DNA of 34,621 bases from NCBI GenBank assembly GCA_004377135.1, contig SOHS01000176.1, positions 1 to 34,621 on the forward strand, in the 5' to 3' direction. The DNA is from Dehalococcoidia bacterium (GTDB lineage: Bacteria; Chloroflexota; Dehalococcoidia; GIF9; AB-539-J10). A program made the translations under genes and the position numbers. The notes below the pieces were generated by a model that was not told the origin of the DNA, did no database searches, and worked only from the letters and a program-made list of their open reading frames with translations. Below, one piece after another: positions 18,215 to 26,677 of this stretch (positions are counted from its first letter, which is position 1; each line of letters starts with the position of its first letter).

Positions 18215-18868
18215 CTAGTGGGCTTTGAAAGCCAGAGCACCAACAGGGCAGATGGCAACGCACTCGCTACAGTCCTGGCAACGGGACTTACCCACAGGTT
18301 CATCGCCAAAAGTAGTGACTGTCCTCCTGAAACCACGGTAAGCAAAACCAATGGTTCCTTTGCCTAGTTTTTCCTGGCATACCCAAACGCATCTGCCGCA
18401 GAGCACACATTTGTTGGGGTCATAGATGAACAAGGGACTGCTAGAGTCTATGGGTAGTTCAGGCAGGATTTTCCTGAACCTTTTTGTCTTGAGCTTCACG
18501 CCGAGATGCTTGGCTATCTTCTGAAGTTCACAAGAGCCATTTTTGAGACAATGGGCGCAATCCACAGGATGACTAGCCAAGAGCAATTCCAAAGCGGTGT
18601 GGGCTAGCCTCAATGCCTTTGCCCCTTTAGTATTAACCACCATTCCCTCTGCCACAGGAGTAGTGCAGGCTGTAACTGGTACATCTTTACCTTCTATCTC
18701 CACAAAGCAGAGACGGCACGAGGCAAAAGGCTCGCTCTTTTCCCGAATAGCACAAAGGTTGGGAATATAGATGTCATTATCCAGAGCTGCCCACAGGACC
18801 TTTTCACCTGGAGCAGCTCTTACTTTCTTACCATCAATCGTTAGAGAGACTTTTTTAACTTTTGCCAG
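18215..18868 (-). CDS. stand-alone [2Fe-2S] + 3x[4Fe-4S] electron-transfer protein (NuoG / Fe-hydrogenase / FdhA N-terminal-module-like)
   Basis: The ORF track starts at GTG 18703, but the frame is open back to TGA 18908-18910. The extra 55 codons encode a textbook 2Fe-2S domain (KVSLTIDGKKVRAAPGEKVLWAALDNDIYIPNLCAIREKSEPFASCRLCF). These are followed by HPVDCAHCLKNGSCELQ (His-ligated 4Fe-4S), CVLCGRCVWVC and CQDCSECVAICP. The only plausible initiator is CTG 18868-18866, downstream of AAGGGGAAGGG. Confidence 0.7.
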   Translation of the reverse strand: MAKVKKVSLTIDGKKVRAAPGEKVLWAALDNDIYIPNLCAIREKSEPFASCRLCFVEIEGKDVPVTACTTPVAEGMVVNTKGAKALRLAHTALELLLASHPVDCAHCLKNGSCELQKIAKHLGVKLKTKRFRKILPELPIDSSSPLFIYDPNKCVLCGRCVWVCQEKLGKGTIGFAYRGFRRTVTTFGDEPVGKSRCQDCSECVAICPVGALAFKAH

Positions 18869-18947
18869 TACCCTTCCCCTTATTCTCTCCCCAAGGGAGA
18901 GGAAATCTCAGCGCAGAAGTTATCTTCCCAAACTGGCTTACCACACT

Positions 18948-20711
18948 TTAAAAGAGCCCTTGTACCTTGCCGGTCTTCGTATCAACATCTACCCTTCTGA
19001 AGGCCGGATTGGAGCTGGTGCCCGGCATAAGGCTGATTGTCCCGGCGCAGGGGCAGAGGAACTTCGCCCCGGAATAAATCAACACATCGCGAATGGGCAG
19101 AGTCCATCCCTTGGGGACCCCCTTAAGGGCCGGGTCGTGTGTCAGGCTCAGATGGGTCTTCACCATCATGGTAGCGTATTCATTATATTTAGAATCGGCC
19201 TCGAGCATCTTGGCCTTGGCCTCGGCATCAGGGGTCCATGACACGCCATCGGCTCCGTAGACCACTTTGGCAATCTTGTCCACCCGCTCTCGCAGCTTCA
19301 CTTCAGCGGGGTAAAGGAACTTGAAGTCGTTCTTTTGTTCGCAGGCCTCCATAACTGTATCGGCAAGCTCCAGGGCACCATCACCACCCTTGAGCCAGTG
19401 TTCGCTGAGGGCACAACGTGCCCCGGCCGCCTCGGCTGCCTTGCGCACCATGGCAATCTCTTCCTTGGTGTCGGTGTAGAAGGAGTTGATGCACACCACC
19501 GGATTGATGCCTGATGTTCTGATGGTGTTGAGGTGGTGCAGCATATTGGGAAGACCTTTCTCCAAAAGTCCCAAGTCTTCCTTAGTGTAGGAATCAGGCA
19601 GGGGTACACCAGCCACTACCTTGGGGCCGCCGCCATGCATCTTCAGTGCCCTGATGGTGGTCGTAAGTACTGACACGTGCGGCTTGAGGCCACTGAGTCG
19701 GCATTTTACGTTCCAGAACTTCTCGAATCCAATATCGGCGGCAAAGCCGCTCTCGGTGACATGATAGTCAAACATCTTCAGTCCGATGCGATCGCCGATG
19801 ATGGAAGATTGTCCTACGGCGATGTTGGCAAAGGGGCCGGCATGCACCAGGCAAGGTTGGTACTCTGCTGTACACATTAAGGTGGGATTGATTGTATTGC
19901 GCATCCAGGCAGTCATGGCGCCTCCCACTTCCAGATCGCCGGTAGTAACAGGATTGCCATCCCTGTCAAAAGCTACGGTAATCTCGTCCATCCTTTTGCG
20001 CAGGTCTGCCAGGTCCGTGACAACGGATAACATAGCCATAAGCTCTGAGCTCACGGCAATACCGAACTTGGACTGCATTGGGTAGCCATCCATGCGACCA
20101 CCGAGGCCTATTACGATGTTCCTCAGACTCTGGGCACAAAAGTCCATGATCCAGCCCATCTCCACCCTTGTAGGGTCAATGTTCAGACGGCGCATTCTGC
20201 TGCGCTTGGCCAGCTCTTCGTCGCTGTAGTTGCGCTCATGCTGCATTCTAGAGGTAAGCGCCACCATGGCCAGATTGTGGGCATTCATTATATCGTTAAT
20301 GTCGCCGGTAAGCCCCAAAGAAAATTCGGTCATGGGAATAAGCAGCGCATTGCCACCGCCAGCAGCAGTACCCTTGATATTCATACTCGGACCACCGGAA
20401 GGCTGACGTATACAACCGCCCACCTTCTTACCCCGTTTGCCCATACCTTCCAGGATACCCATGGTGGTTGTTGTTTTCCCCTCGCCCAGTGGTGTGGGGG
20501 TAATTGCAGTTACCTCAACATATTTGCCGTCCGGCTTGTCCTTGAGGCGCTCGATAATTTTCAAGAAATCGAGCCTGCATAGTCTCCCGTAAGGAATCAT
20601 TTCACCCTTCTGCAAGTTCAGTCTTTCTCGCCACTCATCAGGGGTCGGCATGTTTTCTTCGGCAGATTCCGCAATCTGCCAGTCTTTCAGTTTTGTCGCA
20701 TCGTAAGCCAT
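18948..20711 (-). CDS. fhs: formate--tetrahydrofolate ligase
   Basis: 587 aa with the FTHFS P-loop ([13 protein letters not shown]) and typical length. Confidence 0.95.
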   Translation of the reverse strand: MAYDATKLKDWQIAESAEENMPTPDEWRERLNLQKGEMIPYGRLCRLDFLKIIERLKDKPDGKYVEVTAITPTPLGEGKTTTTMGILEGMGKRGKKVGGCIRQPSGGPSMNIKGTAAGGGNALLIPMTEFSLGLTGDINDIMNAHNLAMVALTSRMQHERNYSDEELAKRSRMRRLNIDPTRVEMGWIMDFCAQSLRNIVIGLGGRMDGYPMQSKFGIAVSSELMAMLSVVTDLADLRKRMDEITVAFDRDGNPVTTGDLEVGGAMTAWMRNTINPTLMCTAEYQPCLVHAGPFANIAVGQSSIIGDRIGLKMFDYHVTESGFAADIGFEKFWNVKCRLSGLKPHVSVLTTTIRALKMHGGGPKVVAGVPLPDSYTKEDLGLLEKGLPNMLHHLNTIRTSGINPVVCINSFYTDTKEEIAMVRKAAEAAGARCALSEHWLKGGDGALELADTVMEACEQKNDFKFLYPAEVKLRERVDKIAKVVYGADGVSWTPDAEAKAKMLEADSKYNEYATMMVKTHLSLTHDPALKGVPKGWTLPIRDVLIYSGAKFLCPCAGTISLMPGTSSNPAFRRVDVDTKTGKVQGLF

Positions 20712-20732
20712 GGTAACCTCCTTTGTGATTTA

Positions 20733-21641
20733 TTATTTTCCCATACGCTCGGCCCTGCGCTCAGCCGCTACTACTGTGTTGACCATAAGCATGGTGACAG
20801 TCATTGGGCCAACCCCTCCGGGCACCGGGGTAATAGCGCTGGCCTTCTCTTTAACCGTCTCGAACTCTACATCCCCTCTGAGGTCGCGGACCTGCTTGCT
20901 GGGGTCCAGCTTGCTGGGTTTCCATCCCACCTGGTTTACACCGACATCAATAACAACTACTCCCTCTTTTACCATATCTGCTTTAATAACTTCCGCAGAG
21001 CCCATGGCAGCAACCAGGATATCTGCCTGTCTGGTGATTTCGGCCATGTTTTTGGTCCCTGTGTGGACGACGGTCACGGTGGCATTGGCACGCTCGGTTT
21101 TCTGCACCAGCATGGCCATGAGGGGCTTGCCCACTATGTTACTTCGACCGCATATGACCACATGTTTGCCTGCAGGGGGGTTGCCACTGCGGATCATTAA
21201 CTCCACCGCGCCATGGGGTGTGCAGGGCATGAAATAGGGATTTCCGATGAGCATCTTGCCCACGTTGACAGGGTGGAAGCCATCCACGTCTTTAGCTGGG
21301 TCGATGGCATTTAGCACTTTGTCCGCATTGATGTGCTTTGGTAGTGGCAGTTGAACTAGTATGCCATCAACATGCTCTGCTTTATTTAGTTCCTCCACTT
21401 TGGAGAGGAGTTCCTCCTCTGGGGCGATCTCAGGCAGGACGATGGTTTGGGACCACACGCCTATCTCCTCGGCCGCCTTTTCCTTGCCCGAGACGTAGGA
21501 AACGGATGCCGGATCCTCTCCCACGCGAATCATGACCAGGCCCGGCGTTACGCCCCGTTCCTTGAGCCTGGCCGCTCGCTCTTTTAACTCAGACCTAATC
21601 TCCTTGGCCACTTCGTTTCCCGAAATTATCTTTGCCGTCAT
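20733..21641 (-). CDS. folD: bifunctional 5,10-methylene-THF dehydrogenase / methenyl-THF cyclohydrolase
   Basis: 302 aa with GILVQLPLP, GRSNIVGKP and PGGVGPMT motifs. Confidence 0.93.
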   Translation of the reverse strand: MTAKIISGNEVAKEIRSELKERAARLKERGVTPGLVMIRVGEDPASVSYVSGKEKAAEEIGVWSQTIVLPEIAPEEELLSKVEELNKAEHVDGILVQLPLPKHINADKVLNAIDPAKDVDGFHPVNVGKMLIGNPYFMPCTPHGAVELMIRSGNPPAGKHVVICGRSNIVGKPLMAMLVQKTERANATVTVVHTGTKNMAEITRQADILVAAMGSAEVIKADMVKEGVVVIDVGVNQVGWKPSKLDPSKQVRDLRGDVEFETVKEKASAITPVPGGVGPMTVTMLMVNTVVAAERRAERMGK

Positions 21642-21662
21642 CTAAACCTCCTTTCCTAAATC

Positions 21663-22457
21663 TTAACCTATCGCTTTACCGATAATCCCCGGCTTAACAA
21701 TGCTAAGGCGTGCCGCGATATCCTGCACTCGGCTGATGACCTCTGGACTTGAATTGATGAGAGGAAAGTTGCCAAGGCCAGCTTCTATTATGCTCTGGTC
21801 GTAGGGAATAAAGCCCAGAAATTCAAAATCTGGCATGGCAGAAGTAAGCAAATTCTTGTCCTGTTCACTGCGAATCTTGTTAGCTACCACCGCAGTGTTT
21901 TCCAAACCTATGTCTTTTGCCAGCTCTCTTATCCTGTAGGCTGTTTCAATACTTGCCTTGCTTGGCTCTACCACAATAATCATCTTGTCCACGGCTCTCG
22001 CTGTCGCCCGCCCCAGATGCTCGACTCCGGCCTCCATATCTATTATGACTACTTCATCCCTCCGCAGGAGTATGTGGGCAATTAAAGCTTCCAGTAAGGC
22101 ATTTTCGGGACAATAACAACCACTACCACCCTTCTTTAACCGCCCCATCACCATCAATTTGACTCCATTATGCTCCACCCAATACTTTTCCGGTATATCA
22201 TCAACCTTGGGATTTAATTTGAAGTAAGGTGCTGCCTGGCCAGGACGTACCCCTGTCCGTTCTTCAATCAGGTCTCCCATCTCAGATATGGGGGCTATCC
22301 TCTCTGGGTGGGGAAAGCCGAGAGCAGTTGCCAGGGTAGCATTTGGGTCGGCATCTATGGCCAGAACAGAGTAACCAAGCTGGGTAAGTATGGTGGCAAG
22401 TAGGGAGGCTAACATTGTTTTGCCTACTCCCCCTTTACCACTAACGGCAATTTTCAT
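21663..22457 (-). CDS. cooC: CooC/AcsF-type Ni-insertion ATPase (MinD/ParA superfamily)
   Basis: MKIAVSGKGGVGKT deviant Walker A plus the GCYCPEN CxC motif characteristic of CooC. The ORF track starts at 22484, but homologues start at the MKIAV Met (22457). Confidence 0.8.
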   Translation of the reverse strand: MKIAVSGKGGVGKTMLASLLATILTQLGYSVLAIDADPNATLATALGFPHPERIAPISEMGDLIEERTGVRPGQAAPYFKLNPKVDDIPEKYWVEHNGVKLMVMGRLKKGGSGCYCPENALLEALIAHILLRRDEVVIIDMEAGVEHLGRATARAVDKMIIVVEPSKASIETAYRIRELAKDIGLENTAVVANKIRSEQDKNLLTSAMPDFEFLGFIPYDQSIIEAGLGNFPLINSSPEVISRVQDIAARLSIVKPGIIGKAIG

Positions 22458-22621
22458 TTCCAAGCGTGGAATTATATCCTGCATCTACAAAAGAAATCAA
22501 GCCAGAAACAACTATTATTCCAATGGGGTCAACTCTATTTCCCCAACAAGCTTGCTTCAGCTGACTTCGCTAGCCTGGCAACGACGTAAAGGCGAAGCAA
22601 AATAGAGTCGCCCACAACAGT

Positions 22622-22651
22622 TTGCTCGCAGAAAGCAAACGGTGATAGAAT
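22622..22651 (+). promoter_or_regulatory. possible promoter for the LOG-family gene
   Basis: TTGCTC (22622-22627), an 18-nt spacer, then TAGAAT (22646-22651), about 75 nt before ATG 22726. Confidence 0.35.
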
Positions 22652-22725
22652 GCAAAGTCAGGGCTGCACCAGCCGGTCTACTCGGCTCAGGTGGGTGCCA
22701 GAGGTGCTTTTTAAGGGAGGGCGAT

Positions 22726-23409
22726 ATGCCGTACGGATACGAGATAAATGAACTGGCCAAGGAAGAATCGTGGCGAATGTTTCGAATAATGGGCGAACTT
22801 GTAGAGGGCTTTGATAATCTCTCCGGTATCGAGCCGGCAGTGACCATCTATGGTTCGGCCAGATTGGGAGTGGATGACGAGCTATATGGGGAGACGGAAG
22901 AAATAGCCTATCAGCTTGGACAGTTGGGCTTCTCAATTGTAACTGGTGGGGGACCGGGCGTAATGGAGGCAGCCAACAAAGGTGCACGAAAGGCTGGGGT
23001 TACATCGGTCGGGCTGAATATCTCCCTTCCCGAAGAACAGGCCTGTAATGACTACACCACAAAGTCGATAACTTTTAATCACTTCTTTACTCGTAAAGTC
23101 ATGCTGGTGAAATATGCCATTGCCTTTGTCATAATGCCGGGTGGTTTGGGCACGCTTGACGAGCTGACAGAGGTACTAACCCTGATGCAGACCCACAAGA
23201 TAAAACCTTTTCCCGTGATATTGTTCAACAGCGAATTTTGGGAGGGATTTCTGGATTGGCTGCGGAGCTCCGTCTTATCCAGGAAGTATGTCTCTGAGAG
23301 TGATTTCGACCTATTGAGAGTTCTGGATCGCCCTGATGAGGTAGTTGAGGCTATTCGGAAGTGGTATGTTGGGCGTGAGGTTGTTGGCAAGAAGGCCCTG
23401 CTCAAATGA
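22726..23409 (+). CDS. LOG-family (TIGR00730-type) nucleotide/cytokinin riboside 5'-monophosphate phosphoribohydrolase
   Basis: GGGPGVMEAANKGA and PGGLGTLDEL motifs. The start is placed at ATG 22726, behind AAGGGAGGG plus 4 nt, rather than the upstream ATG 22642 of the ORF track. Confidence 0.82.
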   Translation: MPYGYEINELAKEESWRMFRIMGELVEGFDNLSGIEPAVTIYGSARLGVDDELYGETEEIAYQLGQLGFSIVTGGGPGVMEAANKGARKAGVTSVGLNISLPEEQACNDYTTKSITFNHFFTRKVMLVKYAIAFVIMPGGLGTLDELTEVLTLMQTHKIKPFPVILFNSEFWEGFLDWLRSSVLSRKYVSESDFDLLRVLDRPDEVVEAIRKWYVGREVVGKKALLK

Positions 23410-23537
23410 GTCTCAGTCTACATTTTTAGCTTTTCGTTGCCTGATAGGATGTTTGGGTAGATATAAAATCCTGTTTCCGTTTCTCTTGCTGACATGTCTA
23501 ATTGCCCCTGGAAGACCCAATAACCCTCCTCGTTAGC

Positions 23538-23566
23538 TTGACACCGGGCAATTTGGGGTGTAGAAT
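23538..23566 (+). promoter_or_regulatory. near-consensus sigma70 promoter of the rplU-rpmA-rpmE operon
   Basis: TTGACA (23538-23543), a 17-nt spacer, then TAGAAT (23561-23566). Confidence 0.7.
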
Positions 23567-23592
23567 TCCCTTTTCTGTATGGGGGTGAGAAG

Positions 23593-23916
23593 ATTTACGC
23601 TATTATTGAAATAGGTGGCAAGCAGTACAAGGTAGCCCCAAAGCAAACACTGGAAGTTGAGCGTTTAGCTGTCCCTGAAGGCGACAGAGTTGAGCTCGAT
23701 AAAGTATTATTTATTGGGGAAGATAAAAATACCCTTGTAGGTAATCCTGTTATTAAGGGGGCTAAGGTTGTGGCCACTTCTTTAGGAGAAGCTAAAGGAG
23801 AAAAAGTTATCGTATTTAGATATAAGTCCAAAGTTCGCTACCGAAGCAAAAGAGGGCATCGTCAGCCTTATACTAAGCTATTAGTAAATGAAATCATTAA
23901 GGGTAAAGGAAAGTAG
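23593..23916 (+). CDS. rplU: 50S ribosomal protein L21, apparently initiated at ATT
   Basis: Absent from the ORF track. The frame reads (I)[24 protein letters not shown]...[15 protein letters not shown], a clear L21. It is 108 codons including stop TAG 23914-23916. The in-frame stretch from TGA 23539-23541 to the YAIIE N-terminus contains no ATG/GTG/TTG. GGGGGTGA lies 5 nt before ATT 23593. Confidence 0.8.
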   Translation: MYAIIEIGGKQYKVAPKQTLEVERLAVPEGDRVELDKVLFIGEDKNTLVGNPVIKGAKVVATSLGEAKGEKVIVFRYKSKVRYRSKRGHRQPYTKLLVNEIIKGKGK

Positions 23917-23918
23917 GC

Positions 23919-24170
23919 ATGGCACATAAAAAGGGAGGCGGCAGTACAGGTTATGGGCGGGATAGTCAAGCTAAGCGCTTGGGAGTGAAGAGGTATGGAG
24001 GGGAACAAGTTCGCGCTGGGACTATCCTGGTTCGGCAACGCGGGACTCGTATACTGCCGGGAAGCAATGTTGGCCTGGGGAGAGATTACACCCTCTTTGC
24101 CTTAATAGACGGCTATGTCAAATATGAGCCGGCAACCAGATACAAAAAGAAGGTGAGCGTTTACAAATGA
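23919..24170 (+). CDS. rpmA: 50S ribosomal protein L27
   Basis: [25 protein letters not shown]-terminus, 83 aa. Confidence 0.95.
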   Translation: MAHKKGGGSTGYGRDSQAKRLGVKRYGGEQVRAGTILVRQRGTRILPGSNVGLGRDYTLFALIDGYVKYEPATRYKKKVSVYK

Positions 24171-24370
24171 AGGATAAAATCCATCCTAAGTATTATGAGA
24201 ATACTAAAGTGACTTGCCTTTGTGGTAATACCTTCACTATTGGTTCAACTAAGCCAGAAATCAGGGTAGAAGTATGCGGTAAATGCCACCCCTTTTATAC
24301 GGGTGAACAAAGGATAGTCGACTCTATGGGCAGGGTGGAGCGCTTTAAGAAGCGATACAAGATGAAATGA
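24167..24370 (+). CDS. rpmE: 50S ribosomal protein L31
   Basis: [24 protein letters not shown], 67 aa. ATGA start/stop overlap with rpmA. Confidence 0.93.
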   Translation: MKDKIHPKYYENTKVTCLCGNTFTIGSTKPEIRVEVCGKCHPFYTGEQRIVDSMGRVERFKKRYKMK

Positions 24371-24634
24371 TGGAATACCTTCAAGTCTCTATTTCCTCAT
24401 GTCAGGTTAGAGGCCTAGGGGTCTGTTATTTCTTGTTGTGACAGCGGCTGTTTGACCGCAGGCAGTGGTTACTTTTAAGCTTACCTTGGGAAACTAGAAA
24501 TTCATTAATCTCTGCTACTTCAGGAGATAAACTTTATATTTTCAGTCATTTCTATCATAATACGATTAGGGATTTTTCATAATGAGACAAGATTGCAACA
24601 TTAGTTTTAGGCAGCTAGGGAGATTGAGGCGCTA

Positions 24635-25531
24635 ATGGAAAAGTCTTTTCATTACGGTGGCCAGGCAGTTATGGAGGGGGTGATGATACGGGGGAGGCAA
24701 GGCGTGGCTATAGCTGTACGCCAGCCCAATGGAGAATTAAACATAGTGAGGCAGCCCCTGGCCAGCATATACAAAGGGAGTCTCAGGGAAATGCCTTTAA
24801 TAAGAGGAATTATCGCTCTCGTTGAAACCCTGGTTTTGGGCACGCGGTCATTACTTCACTCTGCTCAAGTTGCCTCGGCAGAGGAAGGAGGAGAGAAAAT
24901 ACCTACAGCGCTTTTGTGGGGAACCGTAGCCGTAAGCCTTGCTTTGGGTGTAGCCCTCTTCTTCATGGTTCCTCTCTTCGCCACCCGCTACCTTATCGAC
25001 CCTTACATCGGTTCTGCCTTATTGAGTGTTGTCCTTGAGGGACTTATCCGTATTGGCATTTTCATCGCTTACCTCAAATTAATAGGTTTAATGCCTGATA
25101 TTAGGAGAGTCTTTGCTTACCATGGAGCTGAGCATAAGGTGGTGAATGCCTATGAGGCAGGCGTCCCTTTGGAAGTGGAGTCGGTTAAGAATTATTCTAC
25201 TGCCCATGCTCGCTGCGGCACCGCCTTTCTATTCATCGTTCTAATCATAGCTATCTTTGTCTTCGCCCTGGTTGGTCAGCCAGCGCTATGGATACGCATA
25301 CTGTCCCGCATAGCCCTCATCCCGGTTATTGCCGCTATTAGCTATGAAATCATGAAATTCGGGGCAGGCCACATCGATAACAAGGTAGTCCGAGTTCTCC
25401 TGACCCCGGGGCTGATGTTGCAATCTATAACCACCAGGGAACCCGACGATAGCCAACTAGAGACTGCTATATCCGCATTAAACGAAGTCATCGAGATTGA
25501 CCAAACTGCTGACTCTAGTTGCAGTACATAA
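24635..25531 (+). CDS. DUF1385-domain membrane protein
   Basis: YGGQAVMEGVMIRG N-terminus, YHGAEHK motif and several hydrophobic helices. This family commonly follows rpmE in other bacteria (from memory). Confidence 0.75.
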   Translation: MEKSFHYGGQAVMEGVMIRGRQGVAIAVRQPNGELNIVRQPLASIYKGSLREMPLIRGIIALVETLVLGTRSLLHSAQVASAEEGGEKIPTALLWGTVAVSLALGVALFFMVPLFATRYLIDPYIGSALLSVVLEGLIRIGIFIAYLKLIGLMPDIRRVFAYHGAEHKVVNAYEAGVPLEVESVKNYSTAHARCGTAFLFIVLIIAIFVFALVGQPALWIRILSRIALIPVIAAISYEIMKFGAGHIDNKVVRVLLTPGLMLQSITTREPDDSQLETAISALNEVIEIDQTADSSCST

Positions 25532-25539
25532 TACAATTA

Positions 25540-25568
25540 TTGACAGAGTAACACGAATTTGTTATCAT
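25540..25568 (+). promoter_or_regulatory. near-consensus sigma70 promoter of the pantothenate operon leader
   Basis: TTGACA (25540-25545), a 17-nt spacer, then TATCAT (25563-25568), 9 nt after the DUF1385 stop. Confidence 0.65.
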
Positions 25569-25708
25569 ATAAAATAGCCATTGACCCTTGAGGCAGTGAG
25601 CTAGTGGACTGGGTAGTTAAAAGTCCGCTTGGATCGGCGGTGACCGAGACGGACAAGAGGAGTTGTGTTTGATAACCCTCTCGGTTATGCCGAGAGGGTT
25701 TTTAATTT
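25569..25708 (+). promoter_or_regulatory. structured 5' leader (candidate pan-motif / riboswitch-like attenuator)
   Basis: A hairpin at 25604-25628 and a hairpin at 25634-25647. The antiterminator-capable segment 25644-25652 competes with the terminator 5' arm. See findings. Confidence 0.45.
25676..25703 (+). terminator. intrinsic terminator inside the pan leader
   Basis: CCCTCTCGG / TTATG loop / CCGAGAGGG (perfect 9-bp GC-rich stem) followed by TTTTT. It ends 5 nt before ATG 25709 and contains the only Shine-Dalgarno-like run. Confidence 0.75.
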
Positions 25709-26677
25709 ATGGTTATGTATGGTGCTATAACGGATGTTCCGGGAATTAAGGTCGGTCATTATACCGATAAGCAGGCAGTAACCGGCTGCACGGTAATACT
25801 TTGTGAGCAAGGGTCTGTGGCCGGCGTTGATGTCAGTGGCTCATCGCCGGGGACCAGGGAAACAGACTTGCTCCAGCCGGGAAATCTGGTGGAAAAGGTT
25901 CAGGCTATCGTTCTCAGCGGGGGCAGCGCCTTCGGTCTGGATGCTGCTACCGGGGTTATGAAATACCTGGAGGAGCGAGGATTTGGTTATGAGACCAGCG
26001 CCGGGAGGGTGCCTATTGTGCCAGCTGCCATTATTTTCGACCTGAATATAGGTGATTCTAAAGTCAGGCCCGGAGCCAATGAGGGTTACCAAGCTTGCCT
26101 AGCTGCTACCGATGGCAAAGTGACTGAGGGGTGCGTTGGCGCCGGCACTGGAGCAACAGTGGGCAAGATTCTCGGTGTGGAACGAGCAATCAAGAGCGGT
26201 CTGGGGACTGCCAGTCAAAAAATAGCCGGAGATATTGTGGTAGCTGCCCTGATAGTGGTAAATGCCGTGGGCGATGTGATTGAACTTGGGACGGGGAAAA
26301 TTCTGGCTGGACCTCGCAAGCCCGACGAAAGCGGATTCTTATCTACATCCGAGCTATGGAAAGGCGAACTTAAAGAAGCGGTTCCGCCTTTTAATACCGT
26401 AATCGGTGTAGTGGCTACCGATGCCAAACTTAGCAAAGCTGAGGCAAGCAAATTGGCCCGCGTGGCCCAGGTTGGTATTGCTCGCACCATTGACCCATGC
26501 CATACCATGTATGATGGCGATGCTTTATTCGTTCTTTCCTCGGGTGATAAGGATGCCGACGTTAATGCTCTGGGGGCAGCGGCTGCTGAGGTTGTCGCCG
26601 AAGCCATAGTTAGAGCAATCCAAAAGGCGGAAACTCTAGCTGGTGTACCAGCGGCTAAGGACATTAGGACATGCTGA
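25709..26677 (+). CDS. peptidase S58 / DmpA-family Ntn-hydrolase (aminopeptidase-like)
   Basis: 322 aa with ITDVPGIKVGHYTD, VLSGGSAFGLDAATGVM and NTVIGVVATDAKL motifs typical of the DmpA/BapA family. An alternative ATG is at 25715. Confidence 0.75.
   Translation: MVMYGAITDVPGIKVGHYTDKQAVTGCTVILCEQGSVAGVDVSGSSPGTRETDLLQPGNLVEKVQAIVLSGGSAFGLDAATGVMKYLEERGFGYETSAGRVPIVPAAIIFDLNIGDSKVRPGANEGYQACLAATDGKVTEGCVGAGTGATVGKILGVERAIKSGLGTASQKIAGDIVVAALIVVNAVGDVIELGTGKILAGPRKPDESGFLSTSELWKGELKEAVPPFNTVIGVVATDAKLSKAEASKLARVAQVGIARTIDPCHTMYDGDALFVLSSGDKDADVNALGAAAAEVVAEAIVRAIQKAETLAGVPAAKDIRTC

Noticed and set aside
18771-19241. 156-aa plus-strand ORF
   Set aside because: It overlaps, in antisense, both the 2Fe-2S-coding N-terminus of the Fe-S protein and the 3' end of fhs. 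It has no Shine-Dalgarno sequence and no recognisable domain.
20710-21237. 175-aa plus-strand ORF
   Set aside because: It is antisense to folD, with a Thr/Ser/Leu-rich sequence and no motif.
22485-22725. ZTP (pfl) or THF riboswitch controlling cooC-folD-fhs
   Set aside because: The expected conserved strings (GACTGGCG...CCGCCTGGGC for ZTP) are not present on either strand. Only generic helices were found, and these are reported at low interest.
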